A stretch of DNA of 64,000 bases, from assembly GCA_964016885.1 (NCBI GenBank), contig OZ024743.1:123008001-123072000 (forward strand), given 5' to 3'. Made by a program: the position numbers and the translations under genes. The stretch is from Eledone cirrhosa. Taxonomy: Eukaryota. The notes beneath the pieces were generated by a model. It saw only the letters and a program-made list of their open reading frames with translations. It searched no databases and was not told the origin of the DNA. Positions 1 to 15,700 of this stretch are shown in pieces. Within the stretch, counting starts at the first letter, position 1, and the number at the start of each line of letters is the position of its first letter.

Positions 1-360
1 AATTCAGAAACAAGAAAAATAAAAATATTACAAAGCATTTATTCTAACGCTTTATTGTCTAGTGCTTCGACAATCTCCTCTAGATAAAGAAGTTATAACT
101 AAGTGTATTATATCTACTGCATATCTGGAGTAGCTAACAACACACACTAGTGATCACAAGTAGAATATAAACACATAAGCACACACAGCCTCAAACATGA
201 CACATGAGCACATACTAAACAGAATAACAGAATATAAATATATATACGCACACTAACGAATGCGCAAACCGAGACAGGAATAAATAAATAAGACAAGAAT
301 AAATAAATAAATAAAAGAGAATAAGAAAACATTACAGGAATACAACGGGAGGAAACATAG
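1..360 (-). mobile_element. Degenerate Penelope-like non-coding remnant (HHR-like relic near 60-90)
   Basis: Minus strand reads CTAGAGGA-GATTGTC-GAAGC followed by an AGCGTTAGAATAAA..TTTCTGAATT tail, similar in layout to the element at 28960-29225; weak. Confidence 0.3.
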
Positions 361-1500
361 AACCATCACTGATGGTGTCATACATGAGTGTGACGAAAGA
401 ACTCTGAGAAACTACATTTTTTTTACTTACATTTAGTAACTGTTGGTCAATCAATGACAAACATTGATTGCCAGCTGAATTACGTATTTATAGTATTATA
501 AAAATATACCGAAGCGAAAACCAAACCAAACTCAGTGTTTTACTATATTTTTCTGTAAATGTTATAACAACATGTTATGTCCTTATGGATAAACGAATAC
601 ACTGCAACAGTGTAATAATATAATCGAAACAAACGGCAATAACCACACGTAACGGAACAACAATCTTTTAAGAAGCAACAATCAATCCAACACGCTAACA
701 CGAACTGTGAACTTGAACTCCCAGCTTTGACTATCAACACACGAACTGTGAAACTAGTACCAACTTTTCCACATACTTAGGCCACTACTATTTATATGTA
801 GTGGTCCAGCCCATTCTCGCCAAGGATGGGGGTGGGGGGCATCGTACTCGCCCACAACACAACATAACCCTCTCCAAATATAACAATATATGTTTCAACA
901 TTAGATTTCATATTAAAAACCTTTAAAAACAAATGCCTCTGTCACAGCAGTAACTAACAATTAAACGTATTGTGTCGACTAGTGATTACAGGAGCAGGAT
1001 CTACATAGAAATGATTGGAACATGTCCACCACTTTCATAATTTGGCTTTAGAGACACGATCACTGCTATCTGAATAGTCTTTATTTTCAAAAAGGTACGA
1101 TTGCCTGATATTATTGGAGTTATCTACTGTTATCTACTGTTTTTTTTTTGTTTTGCTTTTTAATTTTATACACAATTAGAAGGAAACTTTCCCTACTAAT
1201 TCCAACAATCTCAGTAAATCAAATGTTTTCAACCATGTATATTACATGAGACATTTCTGTCTTGTATCCACCAGAGTTTACCTTTAGGTGCGAATAGAGA
1301 TTGCAGCAGCATACATTCACAGTACAAATACCACAATTTTAAAACTTTTTTGGAATTCCGATTTCTGCCACGTAATAAATCATCATTATCTGTAAAACAA
1401 AGAGTCTGAGTTGGCAGTATGTACAGTACCTATTACTAGTAGGTCGGTGGTATATTTCTGTCACTATGGTGTAATTTGACTTCCCCCTTTCTTCTCTATC

Positions 1501-2180
<680 letters not shown>

Positions 2181-2504
2181 AGTTCTCTCGGACGAGTGTA
2201 TCAGTCTTTTATCTTTTATCCTCAGTATAATTTCCTTTCTTTAGGTTTTCTACTTCTATCATACATACATTTATTTTTCACCTTGTTCCCAATCTGTTTA
2301 TCTTTCCTCCATGTCTGCAATTTGTTTATTTTCCCTGGTATTGCGTTATATGCCCCCTCCCACGGGATGAGGGCCTTCAAAAGCCTGTTATTATTAGCTG
2401 CTTTCAAAAGCGTCACTGACCGAATTCTGCAATCATTTTATTCGATCCTATCATATGCCTGTCTATTTAGAATGTAAAGGCTGCTTATTCTTTCATTCTT
2501 CATT

Positions 2505-2543
2505 CGTTCTTTCTTTCTTTCTCTCTTTCTTTCTTTCTTTCTT

Positions 2544-2618
<75 letters not shown>

Positions 2619-2631
2619 CTCTCTTTCTTTC
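2505..2631. repeat. (CTTT)n microsatellite
   Basis: Directly visible. Confidence 0.95.
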
Positions 2632-3660
2632 ATGCATTCATTTGTGTGTTTATTTAATAATTTCTCTTCAAATTCGAATCCCATCTGTTATTTTGCCTCC
2701 AAATATTTCATCGAATCTACAACTGTTGTTTTGCATATTATTCCCAGGCATTTGGGAATCTGTCTTTTCTTTCTAACGAAGCAGTGACACACAATGTAAT
2801 ACTCTCTTCCTTCTGTTAATGACATAAAGATAATAATCGCTAACTGTATATATCTTCTTCCTTTGTCTTTCTACTTCTCCCTAACGATGTCTCAAAATAT
2901 GTTCTTTCATTCCTTTCATTCCTTACCTCTCCATCATACTAGAGTTTTTTTTTGTTTGTTTTTATATATTTTTTCCCTATTCAAGGAAAAACAATGCCTC
3001 AGCCATCCCCCTCACCGTCAGTGACTTCTACCAAATTAGATAACCACAAACGCCATTAAAAACATTTTCCCGTTCCTCGTTGACTTTAATTTGTTTTAGC
3101 CCTTTTCCCGTTCTCTATTTCTCTCCTTTCTCTAGATCAATCTGTCTATACTGTTGTTTTACAGATGCTGATGTTTTATTATTGCCGACGGAGATCGACA
3201 CCAGTATTTTTATTCATCACTGTATCTATCAGGCAAATTGTCTTTATTTATTTAATACTTCATATACGAGTTAATGTGTGTGTGTATATGCATGTGGTTT
3301 GTATACGTTTGGATCCATACACGTACGAGAATGTATCATTGTTGAAGTCAGCTCATATTTCTCTTACAATTTCATTTTTCTCTCACACTCACAATTACAT
3401 TTTCTATTGCAAAGAGAGCATGAATTCAAAAGTGCTCGCCCTGCAAAATTTCAATGCTTCTATTAAAATTCTGCTCCATATTGTTTTTGTTTTCCTTCAA
3501 TTGTCAGCAAAAATACATCTCAAAATATGTATTTATTAATTTCTTTGTTATTTTTCCACTCCTTCTCTACTTCCATCACCATACATACACACGCGTTTGC
3601 ACATATATATTTATATATAGAGAGTGATATGTGTATTTTAGATATAGAGTACCAATGAAA

Positions 3661-3664
<4 letters not shown>

Positions 3665-3748
<84 letters not shown>

Positions 3749-3783
3749 AACACACACATACACACACACACATACACACACAT

Positions 3784-3816
<33 letters not shown>
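3665..3816. repeat. (CA)n then (TA)n microsatellite
   Basis: Directly visible. Confidence 0.95.
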
Positions 3817-4345
3817 ACTTCTCTGTATTCCGACGTGACTGGCTACTTATCTATTCATTATATTTCTATCTCATAAAAAGAAAACACCCAATGATGCACA
3901 ATGTTTCATATACAATCGACCTTTTGACTTCTCTCGTCGTATTAAGAGTTCAAAGATGAACAGTTAATATGCATCTGCACAGAATAACAGTTTATGTGAA
4001 TAATATATCAATGAATACAAGGTCTATAGAGTTTCATATATTTCAGCTTGAGATATTTGTTTCGCATCGTTGTTATTTGTTTCGCATTGTTTATTAAAGT
4101 TGAAACACCACGGAGAGTGATGTAGTCTTATATAATGCAGACATGAATTTAATCCAGAGAGTAGAAACAGAAGTGTCAGCATAGCCTCTGCAGAGTAATC
4201 CGGTCGGAATAGCTGGAAGAGTGTAACCTTGTCGATTTACTCTAGTTGGAAACATAATAGACATTTGCCCTTAGAGATGTCAGTGTAACATAATCAGTCT
4301 GACCATAACAAAACAGATATGATCATAAGCATAATACTCATAAGA

Positions 4346-4377
<32 letters not shown>

Positions 4378-4379
<2 letters not shown>

Positions 4380-4589
4380 CGAAGGAAGTGTGGTAAGGAA
4401 CCAGATGGACCATACCGCACCAGAGTACTCAATATTTAGGGTAGTAGGGTGAGTAATAGGACAATGTTTAACCCCGACGGCAGAGCTCAACCCGTTTCGA
4501 CGGGTATTTCTGGTGGATGGCTATTTCAGTTTAGAAATAACCGTTGAAACGGCTTCAGCTCTGCCGTCGGAGTTAAAGATTGTCCTATA
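4378..4589 (-). mobile_element. Fold-back non-autonomous Penelope-like fragment in (TA)n
   Basis: Inverted arms 4456-4511 / 4533-4589; GAAACGG..CCGTC half-HHR; TACTC..GAGTACTC hairpin at 4423-4455; a second family member lies at 24333-24430. Confidence 0.7.
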
Positions 4590-4603
4590 TATATATATAT
4601 ATA

Positions 4604-4803
4604 TTGGTAAACGGAATAGAAAATGCTGACAAATTGTTCACAGTTGAAAAATGGTTTAATTAGGAATAAAAGAGTATTAGTGATTGTATGGGATAGTATT
4701 CAGTTGTGGTTTTAAGTTTTTAAGTTTTTACCGGTTGCGCATTTCTAAATGCTTTTCAAAAATAATTTTGAGATAGAGTGTCCGTGCTGTTTGCTCTGAT
4801 CTG
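4604..4803 (-). mobile_element. Penelope-like fragment with degenerate minimal HHR at 4725-4762
   Basis: Minus strand TTGAAAA-GCATTT/AAATGC-GCAAC-CGGTA; flanked by (TA)n. Confidence 0.6.
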
Positions 4804-4821
4804 ATATATATATATATATAT

Positions 4822-5502
4822 TGACGGGTACATTGGTTTTCACCTGACTCTTACTATTAGCTTAGGAAGCCTTTTTAACCACATTTGGAAGGCTAAACTT
4901 AATGAGAGGATTGATGCTTGAAGAGGTGATGGGCACCGGCAATACTACGCTCTGAAATGCCATGATAGACGAATAGTCAAATAACATATCGGATCAGTTG
5001 AGGCACGGAGAACCAATGACCACGCTTTCCTCTACTGTTTTCCAGAGTGGAGGTGATCAATGTGCAACTGTGACGATGACAACAATGATAATGAGACCCA
5101 CATCGATAACCATCAACTTTTCCGGAGAAAATACTGTCTTCGGGACATGGAACGTCCGCAATCTATATGCTTGTGGAAGGACGAAAGAACTTATACAGGT
5201 ACTTGCCAGATACACTTGGGTTATCTTAGCGCTGGCTGAAGTCAGGGGATCTGGATTTGGTGAGATGACTACAAATGAAGTCCACAAACAGGCACAGCTG
5301 TGATGACACCACGCCGCATGGAGTGGGTTTCATCGCTAACAGGGTGAGCTCAGTCATCAGCTGTACAACAGTATCCAGCAGAGTCATCATCACAGCGTGG
5401 CTGCAAGATCACAGAATATTACAATTATACAAGTCTATGCACCAAGACTCTATTATGAGGATGATAATGGCATCAAGGAAATCATCCGAACGGCTACTAA
5501 AA

Positions 5503-5507
<5 letters not shown>
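4822..5507 (+). mobile_element. 5' remnant of an RTE-like LINE (5' UTR plus disrupted APE endonuclease)
   Basis: GTWNVRNL, ILALAEVR, GVGFI and ITIIQVYAP motifs spread over frameshifted ORFs 4998-5303, 5275- and 5397-. Confidence 0.85.
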
Positions 5508-5548
<41 letters not shown>

Positions 5549-5616
5549 TAAGTATGTATACGTACATACATATCTGTATACAGACGTACAGTAGTATGTA
5601 TATACATACATACATG

Positions 5617-5647
<31 letters not shown>

Positions 5648-6544
5648 GTACGTATGGGTTTACAGGAACATTTATTATAATGTTCGGTTTGTTTGTAAAC
5701 AAACAGCCCGAATTAAGCCGTACAGTGTTCGGCAACCATCGTTGCCCTTTTGTTCAACACTGACAAAGGAACCATGAACTAGTTTCTAGCTTATTAGCTA
5801 TCATCGGCACCGTATACCTTCCTGTCAGTCGATTGAACGTTTGAAAGTATATACTTTCCGTATGCATATTAACGGCTGAGCAGCCTAATTTGCATATCGA
5901 GTGAAGTAGTCGGCCGGGCGTACCGAAAACGATAAATGGAAAAAAATAAAATTTCATTTCTCACATAGATATATATACCTCAAACATCACTGCAACCTAG
6001 GATCTCTTAGATTTTCTACATCAAATCTGATACATATTATTTCCTTTTTCATAGATCTTTTTCAGTTTAAGCTTTAGTGTCGTCAGAACAAAATACTAAC
6101 TGTTGACATCATCACTAGGGAAGGTCCTCGCCTCGGCCTTATCGATATAGGACTTGAATCTCTGAGCTGCGATGATAAAGTCAATTTGTTTGTGAGTCCT
6201 GCCATTAGGTGCATGTCATGTTGGTCTCTGTGGGGTCTCGTGGGAACAGACTAGAGTCAGCTTGTAGGTGTTAGCAAATCCTAGGAGGCAGAGTCCACCG
6301 ACGTTTGCTTCTCCAAACCCAACTTGTCCCAATATCCTAGCCCATTCGTCACATGCACCCGGGTCTACTTTGTCTTTCTAGTTTCTTAAGACTATATATT
6401 ATCAGTTGTACAAGAGTAATGTCTACCTTAGTTGTTACGTAGTAACTTCCTGACGATAAGCAGGTCTTAGCGATTTAAAGCACTACACGTCAGTAGTTTA
6501 CCCCAGGTAGGTGATAATGAGTGATGGAGTATTCATTTATCAAA

Positions 6545-6600
6545 TAATTGTTTCTACTATTGGCACAAGGCCAGAAAATTACCCAGTACATAATGGTAGT
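6545..6600 (-). mobile_element. SINE 3' end fragment
   Basis: Matches the tail of the SINE copy at 7268-7456. Confidence 0.75.
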
Positions 6601-6845
6601 TAAGATAGGATTAAATCACCATAATTGTTTATTGCACTATATATATTTCTATTACATCGTTATTCATGTGACTTCGTCAAATTCCTACGCAATCATTGGT
6701 GCAGTTATGCAGTAATTGTGATATGCCGGTGGCCATGCACCTCCATCCTGTGGTGAACTACTGATGAAGTCACATGAATAATCATGTAACAGAAATATAT
6801 ATAATGCAATAAACAATTATGGTTATTTAACCCCGTCTTAACTAC

Positions 6846-6847
<2 letters not shown>
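6595..6847. mobile_element. Fold-back/MITE-like element with ~85 bp imperfect inverted arms
   Basis: 6595-6679 is the reverse complement of 6761-6847; abuts (TA)n. Confidence 0.75.
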
Positions 6848-6920
<73 letters not shown>

Positions 6921-7267
6921 GGGAGAGAGAGTGAGTGAGAGAGACATATAGATAAATAGATAGACAGACGCTAGTTATTATGACTACAAGATCTAGCAAT
7001 ATTAATGTAGTTTACGACTTAAGACAATTCACATCCAGTGCCGTGTCCTTCTATATCCACTGCTTTATATGGCTTCGACACATTCAATACAAGCACCAGC
7101 ATTAACCAAAGCTGAATATCGTGTTGGAATAAATCGATCTTCCGACGTGGAAGAGGCTCCTATCAGAAGAAACCGTCACCGAATCATAATTTTTCTTACC
7201 TGTTGTACAAACCTGGCTGGACACAGAACACTGCACAAACATTCTAAAAGTTCTATAGAGTTATGAA

Positions 7268-7456
7268 ATAATTGTTTCTACTTTTGGCACAAGGCCAGCA
7301 ATTACCCAGTGTATTACTGGTACTTTATTTTATCGACCTCGTAAGGATGAAAGGCAAAGTTAACCTCGGCGGGATTTGAACTCAGAATGGAAAGGCCCGT
7401 AACTCTTTGCGTCAAAGCATGGCGTCCGACCCTCTACCAATACTGCCAATCCACCA
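7268..7456 (-). mobile_element. tRNA-derived SINE (full copy)
   Basis: A box TGGCAGTATTGG, B box GAGTTCAAATCC, GCCTTTCATCCTTACG core and ATT-type end; more than 10 homologues in the window. Confidence 0.92.
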
Positions 7457-10392
7457 AATAATACATATCAATAAGCCATAGATGACGAACATCATTAAGT
7501 AATGTCAGTTTCATGAGGAGATAAAACGCCTCCATCCTTTTCAAGGAAAAAAAAAAAAAAAATGAGTATAAATCCTGGAACACTGTAAGTCCGGTATTGA
7601 AAAAAATAAATTCACAAGGAATTGACACTCCAAATTCACTATTCTCCTTTTATAAATGGATCAGTACTACTTAGTTGTCAAGTAATCAGATACCTTGCCA
7701 ACAGATTATAATACAGATAGTACAATTTAGCAGACTGTTGACTAAAAAAATCATTGACAACTGATCTCAACAAATAAGTACTTTTAAACCATAGAAAAAA
7801 AGTAGCTATTTCTATTAATGTCTATTATCCAATTTTTCAAACTTTACATTTTGGGCCCATCCAATTACTGGTATTGGCTTTAACATCAACAACATTCTCT
7901 ATACATGTCACCCTTCTTTTGGGGCATTAAAAACGTGACCGGTTTTTCAATGAAATGATTTATATTGTCAGTTAACTCTGCTTTCAATATTATAGCTAAT
8001 TTCTTTTAAAATAAGAATTAGATAAAATTCAATGGAATAGAAACGTTGATACAGATACAACAATACATACCGTAAAATTGCTTGGCAGACACTAATAATT
8101 TGGTTATTTCACTTTCACTATTACGTATGTATTACCGAATATAAAATATAAAATTGTTTAGAATGTTATATGAAATCTATTACACCTTCCACGCTAATTA
8201 TTATCAACAATGCTATGACGAAGCAATAATATAAAAATAGTAGTACTGCGATTTATCTTGCATCAGTGATTTATGAGAATTTATCATGGAGACTAGAGTG
8301 TCATTTTCGATGAAATCGATCATAAATGAATTTTCAATAACTTGAACTGTTTGACTATTAGCCATTATTCATTAAAATAGATTAACAGTATCATTCAAGC
8401 GATGCCACGTTTAAATAAAAGACTTCAGTATGTAAGTAGAACTTTATTTCATTATACTTTACAATAGTGGGGAATTATTTAATTTCATTTCCATGACAAG
8501 TGATTATTGTAGTGCAAAAGGTTAACTACTAGCCTCCGGAGAGCTGAGGTTACTTTCGATGCCGTCTGGTAGCTATTTCACTATATTTTTGTTACCAATG
8601 TTCTAGGGAAGGTGATATATGTATTTATAGGTAAGATTGACTTAATATTTATTGGACCATTCATGCTACTTAATATTGCTCGTAAAATAATATCATATTC
8701 ACTATTTTTATAATAATAATTATGTTACATGAAACTGTCATATTATATTTCTTATCAAAGTATACTGACATATATCGTTTTAAGGCCTATGTCATTTTAG
8801 TACATTGCCCATGACATGAAAGAATATGTCATTATTTGACAGTATTAATCACTGGTTTTAAGGAACATCTATATTAAGAGGAATAATAGTTTGGTAACCC
8901 CAGCCAACAGACCATAAACCCTCGAAGCAGCTCATTACATTGGCTTGAACGAGTAATTATATAATTAAAACAATTATAAAATCGATCACTGAAACGATAG
9001 ATTTAGTAGTCAGTCAGGTAGAAGCTTATTGGTGGCATGTAAAGCAGGACAGAATTAGATAGCAAATTCTAAATATCGATTGTTACTCATCTCTGTTAAT
9101 ACTGCATAAAATCCACAAGATATTTTCCAATGTCAAAGGTGACGTGCTTTAAACAATGTAATGGCGCCATGATATGAAATTTCTTCAGTTTTGTGAATGG
9201 AAATGGAAATAATGCAATAAATATAGATGTCTGCTAAGTGTCAAATGATGAAAGGGAGATATTTAACACTGGACAGTAGAGTAGAAGAAATGTTTGTTCT
9301 GTAGATACACAACACAAACCAGAAAGCAGGCATATGCAAATAAATATATACACGTGCTTAGACATGCACATAGCAGTACATATACCAAAATAGGCACACA
9401 AAAATTACATCATGCGTCATGATTCAAATTAAATTTAACAAAGAATTTTTTTACAGTATTTGATAATTCAGTTTACTGAACGCTCTCGGAGTTATTTTCT
9501 CCTCATCATCTCTAAACCCTGTCAACTGATGTGAATACGCTATCATGATGAGATCTATCACAATCGAAACGTCCATTTGCTTGTCCAGCTTTCTTGAAAA
9601 GCAAGGCTTGCCACTAAGTGCATAGCTTTTATTTTCCATTCTAAACATGCCTAATAGGATGTTTTGTTATTTAGGTGAAACGATAATTCTTGTTAGTTAA
9701 ATTGTTTCATCTCACAATATAACATATGTGAGACTCTATCGATATTTGTGTGTATGCATGTGTGTGTGTTTGTGTTTGCGTGTGCGTGTTTGCGTGCATG
9801 TGTGATCGCGTGTATTTCAGCATGAAAATTATCGCAGCTAAGAGTGCTGTACTAGTGTCTCGCCATCTGGAAGCAACCATGTCATTCTCAATAGAGAAAT
9901 TTTAGGAGAGGTGCGTCATTTCAGGTCCTTTGGCGCTACACACACGCCGGATTAACGACAAATTATTTCTCAAGATTTACATAGGCAACTAATATGTACT
10001 ACTCACGTTATGTGCGCAAATCCAGATTCATAAATAGCACTTACTAATATCACTGCTAATTAAACTCTAGCGCTCAAGCATTATATGCTTAATTCTAGCG
10101 AGCCAAATTCGCAAAATATGCAAATGAGCATCCCCAGCGGTTGTTTCAAACGCCAAAAAAAAAAGAAACGTATATGATTATTCTTTGTCTCAGTAGCGAA
10201 TGAGTAAATGTCATCAATGACAGTTAGAACTCCAGGAACACGTGTGTGACATCCTCATACGGCCACCGAGATAGCTGTGACCCTATCACAGCTAAATAAA
10301 CTCATAGCAGGGCACTTATGTTTATTAAGCATACACATAACGTATATACTTTCATATACAAAAATAGCGCTATGTTAGTGTTATTGCTAATA

Positions 10393-10500
<108 letters not shown>

Positions 10501-10589
10501 TTATGTATATATTCGAATCACCTCTGTGCCATCAAGTCGTGCACGTCTTTTGATTATCAAATGATTATATTTGTCTTCAAATGTGAGTG

Positions 10590-10975
10590 AATATTCCACA
10601 TACACGTCTGTAGCTAATTCCGGGATACTAACCCACTCGCTTCCTTCATCTTGAATGGATGTCTCACGCATGATCATCCTTTCTCTACTTTCTTGAAATT
10701 TCTTTCTTTTTTTTTTCATAACATAACGCTATACTCCTTGCCATGTCTTCATAACGTGACCAAAGACGTTTACCCTTTGTTGAAATACTGTTAGTTATCA
10801 CTTGCAGAAGTATTTATAACTGTGTTCTTCTTTCCATCCATGATATTTTCAATAATCGTCTCCAGCACTATGTCTCGAATGCTTAAATTTTTCCTTTTAT
10901 CTTCTATGTTAATTGTCCAGCTTTTTGATCCATACATCATTACTGGATGTACCAAAGATTTTAACAATGTCTAAT
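10590..10975 (-). mobile_element. RTE (BovB-like) LINE 3' remnant
   Basis: Minus strand encodes AFET*CWRRLLKISWMERRT and FGHVMK, typical of the RTE C-terminus. Confidence 0.7.
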
Positions 10976-11276
10976 ATCAGAATAATTGAGAAAATGTGCT
11001 GATTTTCGACCAGATGAAAACCAAACCACGCATTCCACTTTGAGTAGGAATGTATGTGCGAGTGTATATTATTGCAGCGCACTGTCTTTCAGTTCTTTCC
11101 TTCGTCCTACCGGTTTTCAACTGATAATCTAACTATAATACGTTTGTAAATATTTTCCTTATATACGAATGTGTAGTTCATATGTATATACTGCATATGT
11201 GTGTATGTGTGTGTGTGTATGTGTTTGTGTGTGGGGGGTGGGCCCTCTCTCTCTCTCTTTCTCTCTCTCTATATAT

Positions 11277-11877
11277 ATATAAATATAAGAAAAATGGAGT
11301 GCTGCGTGGTTGCACATGGGTTACATATGAATAAAATTAGTCCTTCATCAGTGATCTTCCAAACTTCATTGGTATTTCATCGCTTTAAAAATCATATACC
11401 TCTGGTTGGTGCGAGCAATAACTGAATAAAGTTATTGGGACAAGTAAAATAGCGTGAAGCGAGCGAGACATGTAAACAAACAAAGATGGTATTGCAACGG
11501 AAAGATAGGAAGAGACAAGTACATGATATATGTAAGCTTAAGCTTGGTGAATCAATTAGACAAGAGATACAGACCATCCGACATGGGTGAGATGTGAGCG
11601 AGAAAAGGATTTCACACAGGTCAAACGGCGGGAAGTGAGAGACGGGGAGAAGCAGAGAGTGAGAGAGTGGAATTGTGAGGAAGAGGCTAGTTGAGAGAGA
11701 GTGTGACTGGCAGAGGGGGTAAAAAGAAGGTGAGAGATACAGAGAGAGGGGAAGCAGTAAGAAAGAAACAGACAATCGCAGCTGAGGAAAAAATATAAAT
11801 ATAAGAAAAATGGAGTGCTCCGTGGTTGCACATAGGTTACATATGAATAAAATTAGTCCTTCATCAGTGATCTTCCA
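11277..11877 (-). mobile_element. Partial-tandem (516 bp period) non-coding Penelope-like element in (TA)n
   Basis: Direct repeat 11277-11361 / 11793-11877 containing CTGATGAAGGA and GGAGCACTCC on the minus strand. Confidence 0.7.
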
Positions 11878-11939
11878 TATATATATATATATATACACAC
11901 CGAACCACCTAAACACACACACACACACACACACACACG

Positions 11940-12030
<91 letters not shown>

Positions 12031-12212
12031 CCGTTTGTGGTTGGCGGCTGAGGGAAATGAGTACTCAATACTGAAATAGAGATTTAATATTTGTCTTATT
12101 AGACGATTCTTCTCGCTCTCTCCGGAAGAAATCAGCCATGTTCTGACCAGATCAGGGATGGGTTGTTCCAGGTTTAAATACCCAAGACCTGTGGTATGAT
12201 ACGACGAGCCCC
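12031..12212 (-). mobile_element. (TA)n-associated repeat fragment with TCTC..GAGTACTC hairpin
   Basis: Shares the junction hairpin motif; no HHR seen. Confidence 0.45.
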
Positions 12213-12285
12213 TACAACTCCACTACGCACACAAATACACACACACACATACTCACACACACACGCACACATGTATATATAGATA

Positions 12286-12334
<49 letters not shown>

Positions 12335-12381
12335 ACATAAATATAAATATATATATATATATATGTATGTGTGTGTATATT

Positions 12382-12417
<36 letters not shown>

Positions 12418-12719
12418 GCATACATATATACAATCATGTATATAAATATATTATATATCTATGCGTGTGTGTGTTTAAACTCAGCAGTTTGTTTAATAAG
12501 CCCTATGACATGACAGTTTACTCTTGTGGCAAGCACAATAAACCTAGGACGTTAAAGACAACATGATAGGGTCCTCATCCGAATAATGTAGTTGCCTTCA
12601 TTGCTTCTGTTTTAGTTATATATTTCTCGGAGGGGGATATTCAGAGTGAATATAAACAAACATTATACGGCAACACTTTAAAACAAACTGATAGTGTTAC
12701 ACGTGTGCGTGTGTATGCG

Positions 12720-12786
<67 letters not shown>

Positions 12787-15700
12787 ATACAAATATACAA
12801 AGATTCATACATCTGTATAAGGTATCTAATACTCTTATATATAGAAAAGAGAGAAAATATACGAGACAGTAAGTGAGAGAGAGAAAGAAAAGAAGAGAAA
12901 CAGTAGGAAAGAATTGAGGGTAAGAGAGAGGAAGAGAAGGAGAGATACTCACACATGTTTGCGTATATATGTAAGACCCAAACCTGTTACACAGCTGTAC
13001 ACCAAACCTACAGCAACTTGAAAGTTATGCCTGTGTCTTTACTCTTGAATATTTTTAGTTTTTCGTTTGTTTCCTACTGACCAGACCTATATTTCCATGA
13101 CTTTATACCTATTGTTATATGTACTACATTCAGTGTTGATCCAGGTACAGTTGGATAAAAATTAAAAGCCGATATTTTCTATCCTAACACCATTAGTATC
13201 AAATAACTTCCATGCAAAGTGCCGAGATGGCGGTGTTAAAGGTACGTATATCTTATAAACCGGATTAAATCTACCGCCAGCGGAAATAAGGATTTACCAT
13301 ATTGTAGAAGTATAATCAGAGTTCACGGCTAATCAATAATAATTTATTTAATCGCTGTTTCCATATATACAACCAAGAAGATTTATTTGACGAACAATAT
13401 CTATCTTCAACATGTTTATATTGACACTAGAAATGTTAGTAATGTTTTTACCTTTTCCTCGTCTTCATCTATTGACTCTCTACAATTATCACATACCATT
13501 ACCTTGTTTATCTTGTTGTAAATTTGTGCTATAGAATGGTGAAGCTTGCTAGCGCTGTAAAATTGCTGTTCTTAGTGTAAATATTTCTATAGGCGTAACG
13601 CGGTATTATTAAGCTTCCCAAATTTAACAAAGTGTTAAGAGACTATAGATATACTGCCTATACTGTTGAGTATACTATCAATAAAGATACTATTAATACA
13701 GATACTATTAAGATACTATTAATAAAGATACAATTTTCAGCTATATATCGTGATCGTATATCCGTGTAGCCCAGGATGCAAGGAATTGACTTTTGCTAAT
13801 GAAGCATTTCCTATAGTTTGTGTTCTTGAGTCTATGAGCGCATGGATACTTCATAAACAGCTCGAAATGTTTCTCTTGTGTGAGACAGCTAGGGTAGATG
13901 CAAGTGTTTATTTTTTACGTATTTGTTGAGCAGTTTGTGTTTTTTTAAATTAATTGTATAAAATGTATGTATCTATGCATGTATATCATTATATATACAT
14001 AGTTATACACGTGTGCATGCGTGAACAGTTGCATATGTAAGTTCATATGAAAAATACTGTTGTCGAGAGTGTTCAGCAATGTTTACGTTTTTAAACACAA
14101 ATTCTCTTAGTCGTTCGTATTTTTCTTAAAGAGAAGCAATTGGAGAACCCCACCCCTCTGATAATTAAAATAAAGGTGATAAAAGCATGATAACAGAGAA
14201 AGTGAATGTGAAGGTCGATATCGAGTGATGTACCTGATTTGTCGAAAAGTAGCAACTCGCATTAAAATATTGTTTACTGTAGGAGTAAAAAAAAAAAACT
14301 ATCAGGGCAGCATTGTTACTATATGACTACATATTGTTTGTCACATTTCTGTACCAACATGCGGGGGTCCATAGGTGAGAAATTATTAAAAAAAATGGAA
14401 AATATACATATTTCTCATCAAGTATTCACTATTGTAAAACCTAATTTTATTGACAATCAAATAAAAGCAACTATGTATTTATATACCAATGAAGCTATCT
14501 AGCATCGAAACATCGAGAGATCTAATCGGGAAATGAAGCTCTTTTGTAGCATAAACTCAGTTTAGAAGCAGAAACAATGTTCTTTTATTATTCACACAAA
14601 AGAAACATGTTTACATATAAATCAGTAAATCATAGCACGACTGCTTCCAGACAACCATATTTATATAAAGATTCCATACATTTTACAGACATTCATTAAT
14701 AGTCGAAATATTTTTTACATGAACGCCCAATAAACTAAAGTATATAAAGAATGTTTCCTGTTGAACTTGATGGTGATGGCAAGTTTACTAATGATGGTGG
14801 AAGCAGATAGCAAAAGCAGACCAAATGCTCGAACGAGAAAGTGGTAATCCGAAATAAAACTCATTTGTTTGGCAATGCGACTATTTTTTCTTTAAGTAAC
14901 GTGTGGAAAATTGATATATTGGAAACGAATTTTGGCAGCATTAAGTTCCTGAGAATCAACGTTATGCTTACTTAATTTCACTACTGAGCTTAATTCCTTA
15001 TTAAAGATTAATATCTCATTATAATATTTATGAGAGCGAGAAGAAAAAATTAAAGCCACAAGTTGATAGTAATCTCAATGAGTACTGTTAAGTTGCTGTT
15101 GTTGATTTATATCATTTTATTTGAATAAAATATTGTTTTGACTTAGATATTATTTTTAAGACTTCACTATACATGGATAATTGGATATTTATCGTTCCAG
15201 AATTTTGATATTAAATTATTAGTCTTTTAGATGAGAGTGCGCTCGGGAATCTAGTTAAATGAGATGGTTTGAAATTGTATTAGTGACCGTATGTTGAGAA
15301 AAGCCCGCAAAACATATGTTGAGATCAATTTTGACAAAAAACAACCTTCATACATTAATTTCAAAGCGGGAAGTTCCCTTTTAATTAACTAACAGGGACC
15401 CTCTATTTATAATTTTATATATTCTAGCGATGCATTCCAAACTCTACTACCACGTTACTTAATAATGTAAACGACTGTTCAAAAGTATTACACACACCAA
15501 CTTTTAAATTAGAAATTAGACGATAGCAACTGCGATTCTAGCTTCATGAACACGATACATTTAATAACAATTATTTCTCTAATGCTTTAGGTATTGTCTC
15601 AGATAAATCGTTGTATATTCAAAAATATATACAGGCAGTTTCAAAGTCTAAACTGAATGAACACATTTATATCCTTATAGATACACACATCTGCCTATAA

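Noticed and set aside
6080-6510. GC-richer patch resembling a LINE 5' UTR
   Set aside because: No motif or second copy in the window to support a call
7268-7456. A/B boxes as a tRNA gene
   Set aside because: No cloverleaf; it is a multi-copy SINE head
13668-13732. Short AGATACTATTAA tandem duplications (also 24124-24170 and 57958-58005)
   Set aside because: Ordinary slippage duplications
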